The notes under the pieces were generated by a model. It made no database searches, was not told the origin of the DNA, and was given only the letters and a program-made list of their open reading frames with translations. A DNA stretch of 63,966 bases, filler included, from Octopus bimaculoides (taxonomy: Eukaryota): NCBI RefSeq assembly GCF_001194135.2. It is 4 parts of 3 records of this genome, joined end to end, with 100 filler letters (N's around TTAATTAATTAA, not from the genome) between each part and the next. Parts side by side here need not be neighbours in the genome. Positions count along the whole stretch, not along the records: positions 1 to 18,741 come from NC_068990.1; 3 more parts are not named here. The stretch is one strand, 5' to 3'. The first letter of the stretch is position 1. Each line of letters starts with the position of its first letter. Below, in pieces: positions 1 to 10,278 of the stretch. A program made the position numbers and the translations under genes.

Positions 1-416
1 GTAGTTCAAAGCAAGGGGAAGACTTTTCTTCAAATTTATTAGCTTTCAAAACTTGGTTTGAAAACAATAAATTCCTTTTCTTTTTTAAACAAAGTTCACA
101 ATATTTATTTGTAGTTTTCAAATCATGGCTTGAAAACAACAAACTTTTACAAACTAAGTTCACAATTTTTGGAGGAGTGATACCTCCAAAACACTCTTCT
201 CACCGCTAAGTGAGACATTAAACACAACCACAGGCAGACAACTGTGTGGAATTCAGTGGAGATTTCTTGTTCGACATAAATATAAATAAATACGAGCAAC
301 AAACCCCCACTAAATCCCAAAAAACACAAAGGCCTTACCTGTAGTTGTACGTCAAAATTCACGACGCTGGCATTCAGCGACGTGAAGCGGGAGCGACAAA
401 AAACCACGTCCGCCAG

Positions 417-516
417 GTAAGCAACCTACTTACCACACAACCACTCCTGCACCTAGCTACTTACCTCACAGCCACTCCTGCGCCTAGCTACTTACCACAC
501 AGCCACTCCTGCACCT
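417..516 (-). repeat. Three tandem 31-bp copies of the tRNA-derived SINE 5' head (A-box segment)
   Basis: Units 424-454, 455-485, 486-516 (AGCTACTTACCACACAGCCACTCCTGCGCCT-like) match the head of the full SINE at 28818-28855. No B box follows. Confidence 0.85.
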
Positions 517-848
517 CTTCTTTTGTGGATATCGATTTTTGAATTGATAAACCACCTTCGTATTTTTATTAAAAATTCACTGACTACAAGTAACTCTGCA
601 TTTTCATTGTATAGTTTGTGGCCCCATCATAGATACAAAGAGGCTTCACAAGGATGGTTAATAGTGATAATAAAATGGAAAAAGTGTGTGTCAGTATATA
701 GTGTGTATGTTTATTTAGTGGTTATTGAAATGTGTCAGTCTCGAGCAGGATTCAGAACAGCTAATTGAAGCAGCTGTTGTTTACATCTTAGTTTTGTCAA
801 TCAAAATAACCAGAACATCCAGACATTATTCACATAGAACAGTGAGAG

Positions 849-1040
849 GTGAGTCTTAGTTTGATTTTTTGCAACCCTAAAGATTCCACTTGCACATTCA
901 CAGCAAACAAGGCACAGGGCCAGACTTTGGATTGTCTAGGTGTATTTTTACCCGCTCTGATGTTCACACACAGCCAATTATACATTGCTATGAATAGAGC
1001 AACAAACTCCAGTAATTTGAAAATTAGTGTCGACTAAACA
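849..1040 (+). mobile_element. Helitron Pif1-type helicase C-terminal fragment (degenerate)
   Basis: ANKAQGQTLDCLGVFLPALMFTHSQLYIAMNRAT matches the NKSQGQT...VFSHGQLYVALSR motif of Helitron helicases. Confidence 0.8.
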
Positions 1041-1533
1041 GAAAATATTGTCTACAAAGAAGTTTTGTAATCATATTGATATTATTGATTACAAATAAGG
1101 AAATTTGTGAACTTTGAATGTATAAGAGTATGAATAAGTGTAAAATAGTGTAAACAACTAAAATAAAAAGTATATCTAAATAACATTTTTTCTTAATACT
1201 TTTAATGTAGTGGTCAAAGGAAGCTCTGGTTTTCATTAGGAGTGGTCCACATAACTATTCATGATACAGAGGCTGGGAGTGAATTGTCATCACATGTAAC
1301 TTAGTTGCAAACACATGTCCTATAGCTGTTATAGAATGCTGTATCACCATCAATAATGTGATTTCTCTAAGACATCACCCGGTAAATCTATCAAGTCCAT
1401 TTACACATTTCTCAATACATACTGCTGTTATGACTTCCCTCCCTCATTTTATGCCTCCAGATTTGCTAGTTATAATTAATTTGTCATGTCAGTGATAATA
1501 CTCTTGGTATTAATACGTTTTATACCCTTCCAG

Positions 1534-1627
1534 CATGAAGTAATCAAAACTGTAAGACAATGGTTGTATCAAGATAAAACTACTCTGAGCAAGGAAATAT
1601 TCGGGGATAGAAATCACTTGCTAAATG
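1534..1627 (+). CDS. Candidate internal coding exon of an unidentified gene
   Basis: Acceptor ttttatacccttccag, donor G|gtaaga, open frame HEVIKTVRQWLYQDKTTLSKEIFGDRNHLLN (phase 0 to 1). No recognisable homology. Confidence 0.4.
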
Positions 1628-2332
1628 GTAAGAGGAGGAGTTAATATGCCTACAGCAATAACTCCATGTATAATTACATATTTACATATTCATTAGCATA
1701 CTGAGCAAGATTTTCTTTCCTGTTTTATATATAGAATGCCCCCATCCCTACTGGACAGAATAATGGAATGTTCTACTTAAACAAGTTCTGTTCTACACAA
1801 CATAATCTATAGTAGCAAACACCAATTGAGATTCTAAATGTATTCATCATTGTATTTATTAATGGTTCAGAGGAGAAACAATCTATATGAACAATTGTTC
1901 AAATTATATATCTATTCTATAGACAGCACACTCCTTGAAATCTACATGGTGGATAAGTAATTTGTCATTGATAAAGCACTCTTGGATTCAATGGCAGTAA
2001 TTCACAAACTATATTGTTAGCCTAATATTAGATATTATAGAAGAAATCTTGCTATAGGCTCCAAATATGTCTAGTTCTTTCAATAGCCTGGCATAATAAT
2101 TGGATATTTCTGTATTTCTAGATTTCTTTATACATTGACAAACAGAGCAATTTGAAAGATTTGAATAATTGTTAGGACATAATAATAATAAATAAAAACA
2201 TTGTTGGTCAGATATCAGTAATCAGGCAGCAAGACAAACTAAGAAAGAAGATTTTTTCTCATTGCAATTTCAACTTTGTGAGACTGAAAGAAACTTTCAA
2301 TTTTTTATTTTTCCAATTTTATATCTATTTAT

Positions 2333-2478
2333 AGGTGCAGACATGACTTGTGGTTAAGAAATTTGCTTCAGAATTACATGGTTTTTGGGTACAGTCCTAC
2401 TGTATGGCACCTCAAGCAATTGTTTCTATTATATCTGCGAGTGAAATTTGATAGATGGGAATTATGTGGAAATCCATC
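2333..2478 (+). mobile_element. Degenerate tRNA-derived SINE head
   Basis: aggtgcagacatgacttgtggttaag...gggtacagtcct...ggcacctcaagcaa resembles the SINE at 29559. Confidence 0.55.
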
Positions 2479-2919
2479 AAAAATACTGCTTCTTTTCTTG
2501 AGTTTAATCTGTTTTTAAATTCAACACTGCCATCTAGTCTTTTGGCCCTTTCTGTTGCAGGCATTTGGAACAGGTGTTTGACCTGAGAGTAACTTTCTTA
2601 CTTCCTGTCACCTGTCTTGGAGACTCATGGCTGTTGCCCTTCCTCTTCTTATGAAAAAAAAAAATCATCATTTAAAGCCCACATTTCCATGCCCACATGA
2701 GTCAGATGCAATTTGCTAGGATGGATTTTCTATAGTTGGATGTACTTCCTGTCACCAACCCTCACCAGTTTCCAAGTAAGGTAATATTTCCCCATGATCA
2801 GACATGTCTTAAGAGATTGGACACCTCTTGCAGAATAGTGACGCTTGCTTACAAACTATCGTACGACAAAGCAGACAGACAGTAACATACACACAAACAT
2901 GCGTGCACATGCACACTAT

Positions 2920-3060
2920 GAGCTTCTTTTAGTTTCCATCTACCAAATCCATTCACAAGTCTGGTCAGCCTAGAGTTATAGTAGACAACACTTGCTTAAG
3001 GTGCCATGCAGTGGGACTGAATCTCAAGCCATGTGATTTGGCAGCAAACCTTTCATCACA
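2920..3060 (-). mobile_element. Degenerate tRNA-derived SINE 5' part
   Basis: gtttccatctaccaaatccattcacaag...aaggtgccatgcagtgggactgaa aligns with 28690-28830. Confidence 0.7.
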
Positions 3061-3659
3061 AAAGATGTAGGTTGTGACATTAGATAAAGTAGGGAGTAAT
3101 GCTTTCACTGTAATTGTGTATGAGCTTATTTTTAGTGGATGGGATTGTATTCATAGTTAATGTATGTTGTTATAGGTCAAAGAATGGAGATAGCTGGGTA
3201 GGGTTAGGATAAGGGTAGTTAATGTTTCAGTTTCACCTGTTGCATATTGGTGGCTGGTAGGAAAAAACATGGCTGATAGGTAAATTCAGAACTATGAAAG
3301 GCTCAAAATAAGTAACAAGGGAAAAAAATGTTATCTAATGTAATCTGGAAAGTGAGAAGATATATTAAGAGTGATGTGAAGAAGAAAGGCAATTTGTATT
3401 GAATGTGTTTAAATGGGGGAAGTTTTGCATGACCATGATGCAGTTTGTGGTAGGCCATGCTGGTTGAGTTGAAGGAAAGTTTGCTTATAAGCAAGTAGCC
3501 ATATTTTTGTTTGTTTATTTGAATGAGTTTTGTTTGAGCATGCACTTGAAGAAAAAGCAGTTTGCCTATACTCATTGTCTTACTCTCCTTTAACTGGTTT
3601 CAGTCATTGAGCTGTGGTCATGTTTGGGCACTGTATTGAAGGTTTTTATAATTATTTTA

Positions 3660-3880
3660 TCAATCATCATCATCATTTAACACCCATGTTTCAAGTTGGC
3701 ATGGATTGGACGACATCTAATGAGTCCCAGAACTGTATCAAACTCAATTGTCTTTTTTGGTATGGTTTCTATGGCTGGATGCCCTTCCTAATGCCAACCA
3801 CTTTACAGTGTGTAGTGGATGGCTTTTTCATACTACTGGTCGTAAGTGAGGTCGCCATGCAGCTCACAGGTCTACAATAC
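3660..3880 (-). mobile_element. Interspersed retroposon 3' end with (GAT)n tail (similar copy ~2664-2790)
   Basis: (ATC)n run followed by ggctggatgcccttcctaatgccaaccac. A related but degenerate segment lies at ~2664-2790. Confidence 0.45.
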
Positions 3881-4261
3881 CTGAGAAGGGGGTGTAGGTG
3901 CATCTTTATACTGGATGGGAGTTAAAGTATGAGAGAAAGGGGTGGGGTAGAGCAGATTCTTGTTGCAAGGGAGCTATTTGGTTACTCACATTTAGGGGAA
4001 AAAGTGAGAATGAATCAGCATTGGAGCAGCAAGTAAGGAACCATCTCCCTCCACAATTTTATTTCAATCTGGTACTTATTTTGGGAAATGGTTAAGTTAT
4101 CCTTTTACATAATGGAGTTCAGTTCCACACCACCATATACTGGTATATACTAACACACAAATGCATGATAGACTTCTGATTACTAAATTTCATCAAGTCT
4201 ACAGTTAAAAAAATCACAAAGTGTTGTCATGTTGCAAAGTAAAACCTATTAATCATATACA

Positions 4262-5680
4262 TCTATGAAATGTAAGATGTCTGGAATGGCGCAACAATGC
4301 AGAGTGGACTATAATAACTGTTATAAATAATTTAATTATTCATAGTCTAATACAATAGTTTGGAATATAAGAATTCCTTCAGATATTGATAGGAATTAAT
4401 GGAGTCACTGTTATAGTTGGTTTTCCAATGGTTACTGAAATGTTCCTGCAGTAGTTGCATGGAGCTCCTTCTGGAATTCCTCATGAGAAGTGTGTGAGAG
4501 CAGTTATGTATCGAGCTTGTGTGTGTTAGCATATCTGCAGCACTGCTTCCAAGTTATGTATTATATATGCAATTTTTTTATATGATGTTTTGTTACATGA
4601 GCATGTTTACCATTGTGCATGCTGGGTGTCAATGTTTTTAAATAATAGTGATTGTTAGTTTCCAATCTGTTGTTAATTTGGGGCCTTAGTCTGTCTATGA
4701 GGATATGCTCCTCAATTCTTAAATTTCTTAAATTTCTGTCATTGGGCCTCAATTGTGACTTGTGTTTTTGTCAGTGTTCCAGCATCTGTCTAGATATTTT
4801 CTGAAGGAGGAGGCTCACATGTTTAGATGTTCTTTGATGCGGGAGGATAACTACTGTCACCCAAAGAGCCATAAGAGAAGGATTAGACATACAACTAGCT
4901 CCCTCTGGTCCCTCTCTATGAAGACACCTAGCAAAGAAACGAGCAAGGGGCAGCAATCAATGCACACTAGCTAACTGCCCCATCCGTGACACAGATTCAT
5001 GCCAACAGGTAAATGTTTTATATCAAATCCAATGTAACAAATGCAACAATTTCTATGTGGGTATCACAACAAGACCATTACACATTTGCATTCAAATAAC
5101 ATTTAAACACGCGAGCCCCTTCCTTCAGAAAACATCTTAGACTGATGCTGGAACATCAACAAAAACACAAGTCACAATGGAGGCCAATAACAGAAATTTA
5201 GGAAATTTAAGAATTAAGGAGCATATTCTCATTGACAGACTAAGGTCCTAAATTAACAACAGGTTGGAAATCAACAATCACTATATTATTTAACAACATT
5301 GACAACCTGCACACACAATGGTAACATGCTCATGTAACAAAACATATAAAAAAAAATGCATGTATAATACATAACTTGGAAGCAGCACTCCGGATATGCC
5401 AACACATACGAGCTTGAGACATGACTGCTCTCACGCACTTCTCATGAGGAATTCCAAAAGGAGCTTTGTGAGACTACTGCAGGAACGCTTTCAACAAATT
5501 TCAGCAACCATTGGAAAACCAACTATAACAGTGACTCCATTAATTCCTATCAATATCTGAAAAAGGAATTTTTATATTCTGAAATATAATATTAGACTAT
5601 GGATAATTAAATTATTTACAACAGTTATTATAGTCCACTCTGCATTGTTGTGCCATTCCAGACATATTACGTTTCACAAA
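4262..5680. mobile_element. Penelope-like element 3' end in inverted (fold-back) arrangement
   Basis: 4262-4840 is the reverse complement of 5089-5680 with scattered mismatches. The + strand encodes NVLYQIQCNKCNNFYVGITTRPLHI...LRIKEHILIDRLR (GIY-YIG); the - arm encodes LRIEEHILIDRLRPQINN. Confidence 0.85.
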
Positions 5681-5919
5681 CAATACACAATACTTCCAAC
5701 AAACTACAATATCCTCTTATATACATCTATGTCTGCATCTTGTATATGAATATTTTCTTACAAGATTCAATTCCAGGCATGTAGTTTCAATAATGGTTTC
5801 AACAAACACCAATTAATAATTGAAAACAACTCATTTGCTAAACAAGAATTTGAAGAATGTAATTATTCTAAGCTGTTCTAAAAGCTAAGTAGGATATATA
5901 TAATACACACACACACACA

Positions 5920-6700
5920 CAGGGTGGCTTAGAAGTCACTGAGGAGTTTTAATTTTTAATAACTCTTATTTTTACAAATAGGTCTATGAAATTTTAATTC
6001 AATATAGAGGAAATGGAAATTAATTTGCATTAGTCCTTTTCCATCATACTTCTGCATTATGTATCAAAAATGACATCTTTTAAATGGTGTCTATTTTTAG
6101 CTTCACACTTTATGGGGTGCAATTCTCTTTGATCTAGTACTCTTGGATTCTCAGAGCCCCAAAACTGGCAATTTTGTCTGTTGATGATTCCATTCTAATA
6201 AGAGTGAGCTTCATCAGACATGATCAATTTTTGTGTAAAATTTGGGTTATTTCGTGTCAATTCCTGGACTCTGACAGCATATTGGAGCCTGTGTTCATAA
6301 TCTTGGGGTTTCAACTGTTGAACCAACTGTACCTTGTATGGAAAAAGGTTAAGACTAGAGAACTCTTTGCAGTGAAGTTTGTGAAATCCCAAGCTGTCTG
6401 GACCACCTTCAAGTTCATGTACCTGGATTCTATTCAGTACTCTCTTGCACTCATTCTCTTACTGTCATCCAGAACTGTCATCAGTTCTGACTGAGGTTTT
6501 GCCGATCATGGGAGATCACTTACTGCCCCTTATTTTTCAAAATCATGAATTAGGTTCTAATTGTGTTTTCACTTGGGGCCTCTCTCACTTGAAAGTGCCA
6601 AAAATATGCTCTCTGGGTTTGAATAATTCACCCTTTTTGATAGAGCAATTTCACCTCTTGGGTGTGTTGCGTGGTGTCATATTTTTCCATAATTAATTTC
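5920..6700 (-). mobile_element. Tc1/mariner-superfamily transposon remnant
   Basis: LFPYKVQLVQQLKPQDYEHRLQYA...LIMSDEAH (first catalytic D motif) and C-terminal KCEAKNRHHLKDVIF. Boundaries are approximate. Confidence 0.75.
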
Positions 6701-6734
6701 CATGAAATCCTTGAAAAAAAAAGAAAAATGTCAA

Positions 6735-7112
6735 AAAATAGCCACTCCTGAGAACTGTTGGTAAAACTCCCATTCGAATGAGAAGCAGTTGAGGGAGAGA
6801 ACAAGTTCAGCCTGACGAAGAAGTGTGGACGTGTCAGGTTTGGGGTTAGGTTGAAAGTCTAAGTAGTGTTTGAGGGCAAGAAGTCCTTCATGGTGTGAGA
6901 TCACTGTATATAGACTCTTGATATCAAGAGTGAAGATAAGTTTAGAGGGGCCAGGAGGGAAGGAGAAAGAGTTGAAAAGATGAAGAGCATGGTAAGTGTC
7001 GTGGATGTGTGAGGGGAGGGAAGCCACTAGGAGGGCAAGGACACAATTGAGGTATTTAGAAATGAGTTCCGTGGTGCAGTTACAGGTGGCCAGGCTTGTT
7101 GGGTTTGTCAAT
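6735..7112 (-). mobile_element. Penelope-like reverse transcriptase fragment
   Basis: CNCTTELISKYL...IFTLDIKSLYTVISHHEGLLALKHYL...AELVLSLNCFSF...YQQFSGVA is typical PLE RT. Confidence 0.85.
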
Positions 7113-8152
7113 GTATACGTGTGTGTGTGTGTGTGTGTGTGTGCACGCACGCATGCTTATCCAAAATAATGAAATGAATAATTTTTTAAAGAAAAATATT
7201 TATATTACCTTAGAATAAAAGTAAAACAAATTTCTCATTTATATATTTGCCATTAATATGTTATTTTTCTAAAATGTTAACATAATTGTAATCTATTCCA
7301 TCGAAAGCCTATCTGCAAAATTTCCTTTGGAACATATGTATTTTTTCAGTATGTTATAAGAATCTAAGTAGGTGATGGGACACCAAACTAAAGTTATGCT
7401 TCTCTCATTCTCTCTTATATATGTGTGCGTTTTTGTTTTTGTGTGTGTGTTAGTATGTGTGTGTGTATACTTGTGGGTTAGCTAGGTTACTATTGGTTTA
7501 ATGTTAAGAGTGGTATATCTCTTAGCAATTTTCAAGTTATTACATGAAACCAATGGTAGGCTGGTTAACCCACAAATAAAGAATATTTATCCAATGCAGC
7601 AATATTAACATGTGTGTATATGTATGTGTGTGTATAATATGTATAATTTGTAACTTGACAACTCATTTCTTAATATAAACATTATTAAAAAATTTATGAA
7701 AGAGAAATTTGAAATGAATTTCCAATTTGCAATTATATTCATTTATTTATTTTTTTTTGTAACAAATTTCTTATTTTCTATGATGCCACCTTTATAAATT
7801 AACATTATGCTGTTGAAAAATGAAAGCAGAAATCTATAATATTGATGTTTAATAACCAACATTTAAGCATGTACTTATTTGTTTCATTTTCTCAGGAGAT
7901 AATGTATATTTTGGTTCATTCCTGGCTTCATTTTTTTTCTTTCTCAATCATTCTGTTTTATGTTCTCAAAGCAAAAGATGAGCACACATTTTTTTCTGAA
8001 GTTACCATCAAAATCTTATTAACTAACAACAAACATGTTTGCATCTCTCAGTTGAAAGATAATACGTAACTGAACAACAATAACCAAATACTTACAAATT
8101 TTACACTGTAGCTTTATGAAATTCTGAACACTATTTATGAACCTCAGAAATG

Positions 8153-8244
8153 TTATTGGACTCTTCTCCTGAGGTCCATAACATCATGGGAGAGTTTGTC
8201 CTCGGTTTGTCTTTCATTTGTAGTTATGTATTTCTCACGAGCTT
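8153..8244 (-). CDS. Candidate terminal coding exon of an unidentified gene
   Basis: Strong acceptor cctttttctctttcag. Phase-1 frame (E)AREKYITTNERQTEDKLSHDVMDLRRRVQ*; phase-0 frame gives KLVRNT*. Confidence 0.3.
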
Positions 8245-8375
8245 CTGAAAGAGAAAAAGGAATATTAAATATGTTTTGTAACGGTAATGAAAGTCTACTT
8301 CAAAACATTTTTATTACTTCAATGCAATGAGTTAAATTGGTCAACAATTCAAAGTACTCTCCTTCTCCTTTGTAG

Positions 8376-8492
8376 GAAGGCTCTCCTGCAAGCCTTCACT
8401 GCAGCCATCAGATGTCACACATGTTATTCTTGGTGATGAGGAACAGTATCAGAATAGTATTTTCCCAATTTGTCTCACTATGAACATATTGG
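8376..8492 (+). CDS. Candidate internal coding exon (117 bp, phase 1-1) of an unidentified gene
   Basis: Acceptor ctctccttctcctttgtag, donor GG|gtaagt. Only one frame is open: RLSCKPSLQPSDVTHVILGDEEQYQNSIFPICLTMNIL. Confidence 0.55.
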
Positions 8493-8982
8493 GTAAGTTT
8501 AGCCATGGCTCAGCTTGCCCTGTAAGGTCTGGCTCAATTTACCCCAATCAACTTCATGAAGTGTCTACACATTCACACACACAATGTAGCCATCCAAGAT
8601 GTGGCAAGCATGGAGCCCCTTACCTGGGTTAACAATTATCATCTGATATCCATATCATATCTGTACTGCATATGGAAGAAATATGCACTTAGCTGTTTCA
8701 CACATTTTAACTTTTATGGCTAAAAATTGGATTTTTCGCTCTCTAGCCTTGGTTTCTGTTTCAATTTAGAAAACATGTTGTTGGTCATCCATGGATGACA
8801 TCACCAATCTGGCTGGCTCATTCATAACTGGCTAGGAGGTGGTGGTTCAACTTACCTTGTCTTCCCCCACTCAGTTGAAAGTAAATACCAGCTGAGTGTT
8901 AGTGCATCCCCTTCTTTCTCTCCATTTCTCACACTTTAGATGTTCCAACAACAGCCCCACCTCTGAGTTAGTTCATTTTTAC

Positions 8983-9302
8983 CTGTTCATTTTTTTCTTT
9001 TTGAACCCGGAGCCTTCTAAAATATCCAATCCGTACTCCTTCAGTAGAAATGTGTAGTTCATATTCCCTGGCAAATTTTGAGTGTCCAAATCGACTTGCC
9101 ATATTGTTAATCCTTTCTTGAATTTTAAAATTTTCTCCCTTTGGTTCTCGTCCAACAACAGGCAGCAATGCCACTTCTTCTGTGAAGCTTCTTTCATTCC
9201 TGTTGGCCCACAAAGTGTCCGACTGTTCAGATTCGAACATTTCAGTGTAGTTATTTATCTGACGAGCTGATTTCTTCCATTTTTTACTTGGTTTACCCTC
9301 CT
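8983..9302 (-). CDS. Candidate 320-bp coding exon of an unidentified gene
   Basis: Acceptor tactttccctccacacag, donor CAG|gtaaaa, purine-rich open frame EGKPSKKWKK...GVRIGYFRRLRVQKEKNEQ. Confidence 0.45.
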
Positions 9303-9713
9303 CTGTGTGGAGGGAAAGTACAGCTAGCCTGCCCAAAGGCAGCAAAAACCNNNNNNNNNNNNNNNNNNNNNNNNNNNNNNNNNNNNNNNNNNNNNNNNNN
9401 NNNNNNNNNNNNNNNNNNNNNNNNNNNNNNNNNNNNNNNNNNNNNNNNNNNNNNNNNNNNNNNNNNNNNNNNNNNNNNNNNNNNNNNNNNNNNNNNNNNN
9501 NNNNNNNNNNNNNNNNNNNNNNNNNNNNNNNNNNNNNNNNNNNNNNNNNNNNNNNNNNNNNNNNNNNNNNNNNNNNNNNNNNNNNNNNNNNNNNNNNNNN
9601 NNNNNNNNNNNNNNNNNNNNNNNNNNNNNNNNNNNNNNNNNNNNNNNNNNNNNNNNNNNNNNNNNNNNNNNNNNNNNNNNNNNNNNNNNNNNNNNNNNNN
9701 NNNNNNNNNNNNN

Positions 9714-9735
9714 CCCTAACCCTAGGGTTAGGGTT
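9714..9735. repeat. Telomere-type repeat palindrome at a gap edge
   Basis: CCCTAACCCT|AGGGTTAGGG is a perfect 20-bp palindrome. The left gap edge ends in AAAAACC. Confidence 0.7.
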
Positions 9736-9839
9736 AAAGCAAATTTAAAATGAAAAAAGCAAATAAAACGAAAGTATGGAGATTAAATACGCTTTACATC
9801 GCTTAATCAGCCAAAGGAGTAAATGTAAACAACTGAATA

Positions 9840-10278
9840 CTTGTAAGTGATTGGTTGAAATTATCGAAATAAGACAATTTTTTACATGAAATAAATTCGA
9901 ATACAAAAATATTTTTCTGTTCTATAACACAAAATAGATAAGTATACGAAGTTTGAAAGTCTTTCCGTACCAAAAACACTACGTAAAACATTAATGAAAA
10001 ATGTGGCCCCCGTTTTAAAATAGATCCCAGACAACGTCTGAATATACTGACTGAACAAATTCAAATAAAGTTTATTCGCCAGATTAGGGCATTTAAAACA
10101 AAGAGCCGTGACGTCATGAATCTTCAGCTGTATAACATCTTTTGATTGGTTGTTGTTTTTTTTAAAACCTGGTCTTACGTTTGCTTGAACCAGGTCGGCA
10201 CTTACGTTGAAAGAGAACCAAGCGCTCCCGGTGCGTAGATATCTGTCAGTGAAAAAAGTTCGTAGTGACACTCTAACA
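9840..10278 (+). promoter_or_regulatory. Putative PABP promoter / 5' UTR
   Basis: CpG-rich relative to upstream DNA. Palindromic CRE TGACGTCA 10109-10116, reverse CCAAT boxes at 9850-9854 and 10145-10149, further ACGT cores at ~9981, 10034, 10177, 10204. Confidence 0.5.

Noticed and set aside
411-422. Plus-strand splice donor CAG|GTAAGC
   Set aside because: GTAAGCAA belongs to the SINE head on the minus strand.
1240-1480. Possible minus-strand Helitron Rep remnant (IDGDTAFYNSYRTC...DDN)
   Set aside because: Multiple stops and only loose similarity.
8620-8670. Minus-strand exon ending at CAG|GTAAGG (8624)
   Set aside because: All frames from the plausible acceptors contain stops.
8851-8900. 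Minus-strand exon ending at AAG|GTAAGT (8856)
   Set aside because: The sequence resembles a decayed SINE body, and longer upstream frames contain stops.
10207-10278. 24-codon N-terminal extension of PABP in the ORF track
   Set aside because: It starts at TTG. The conserved RRM1 begins shortly after the ATG at 10279, which has a good Kozak context.
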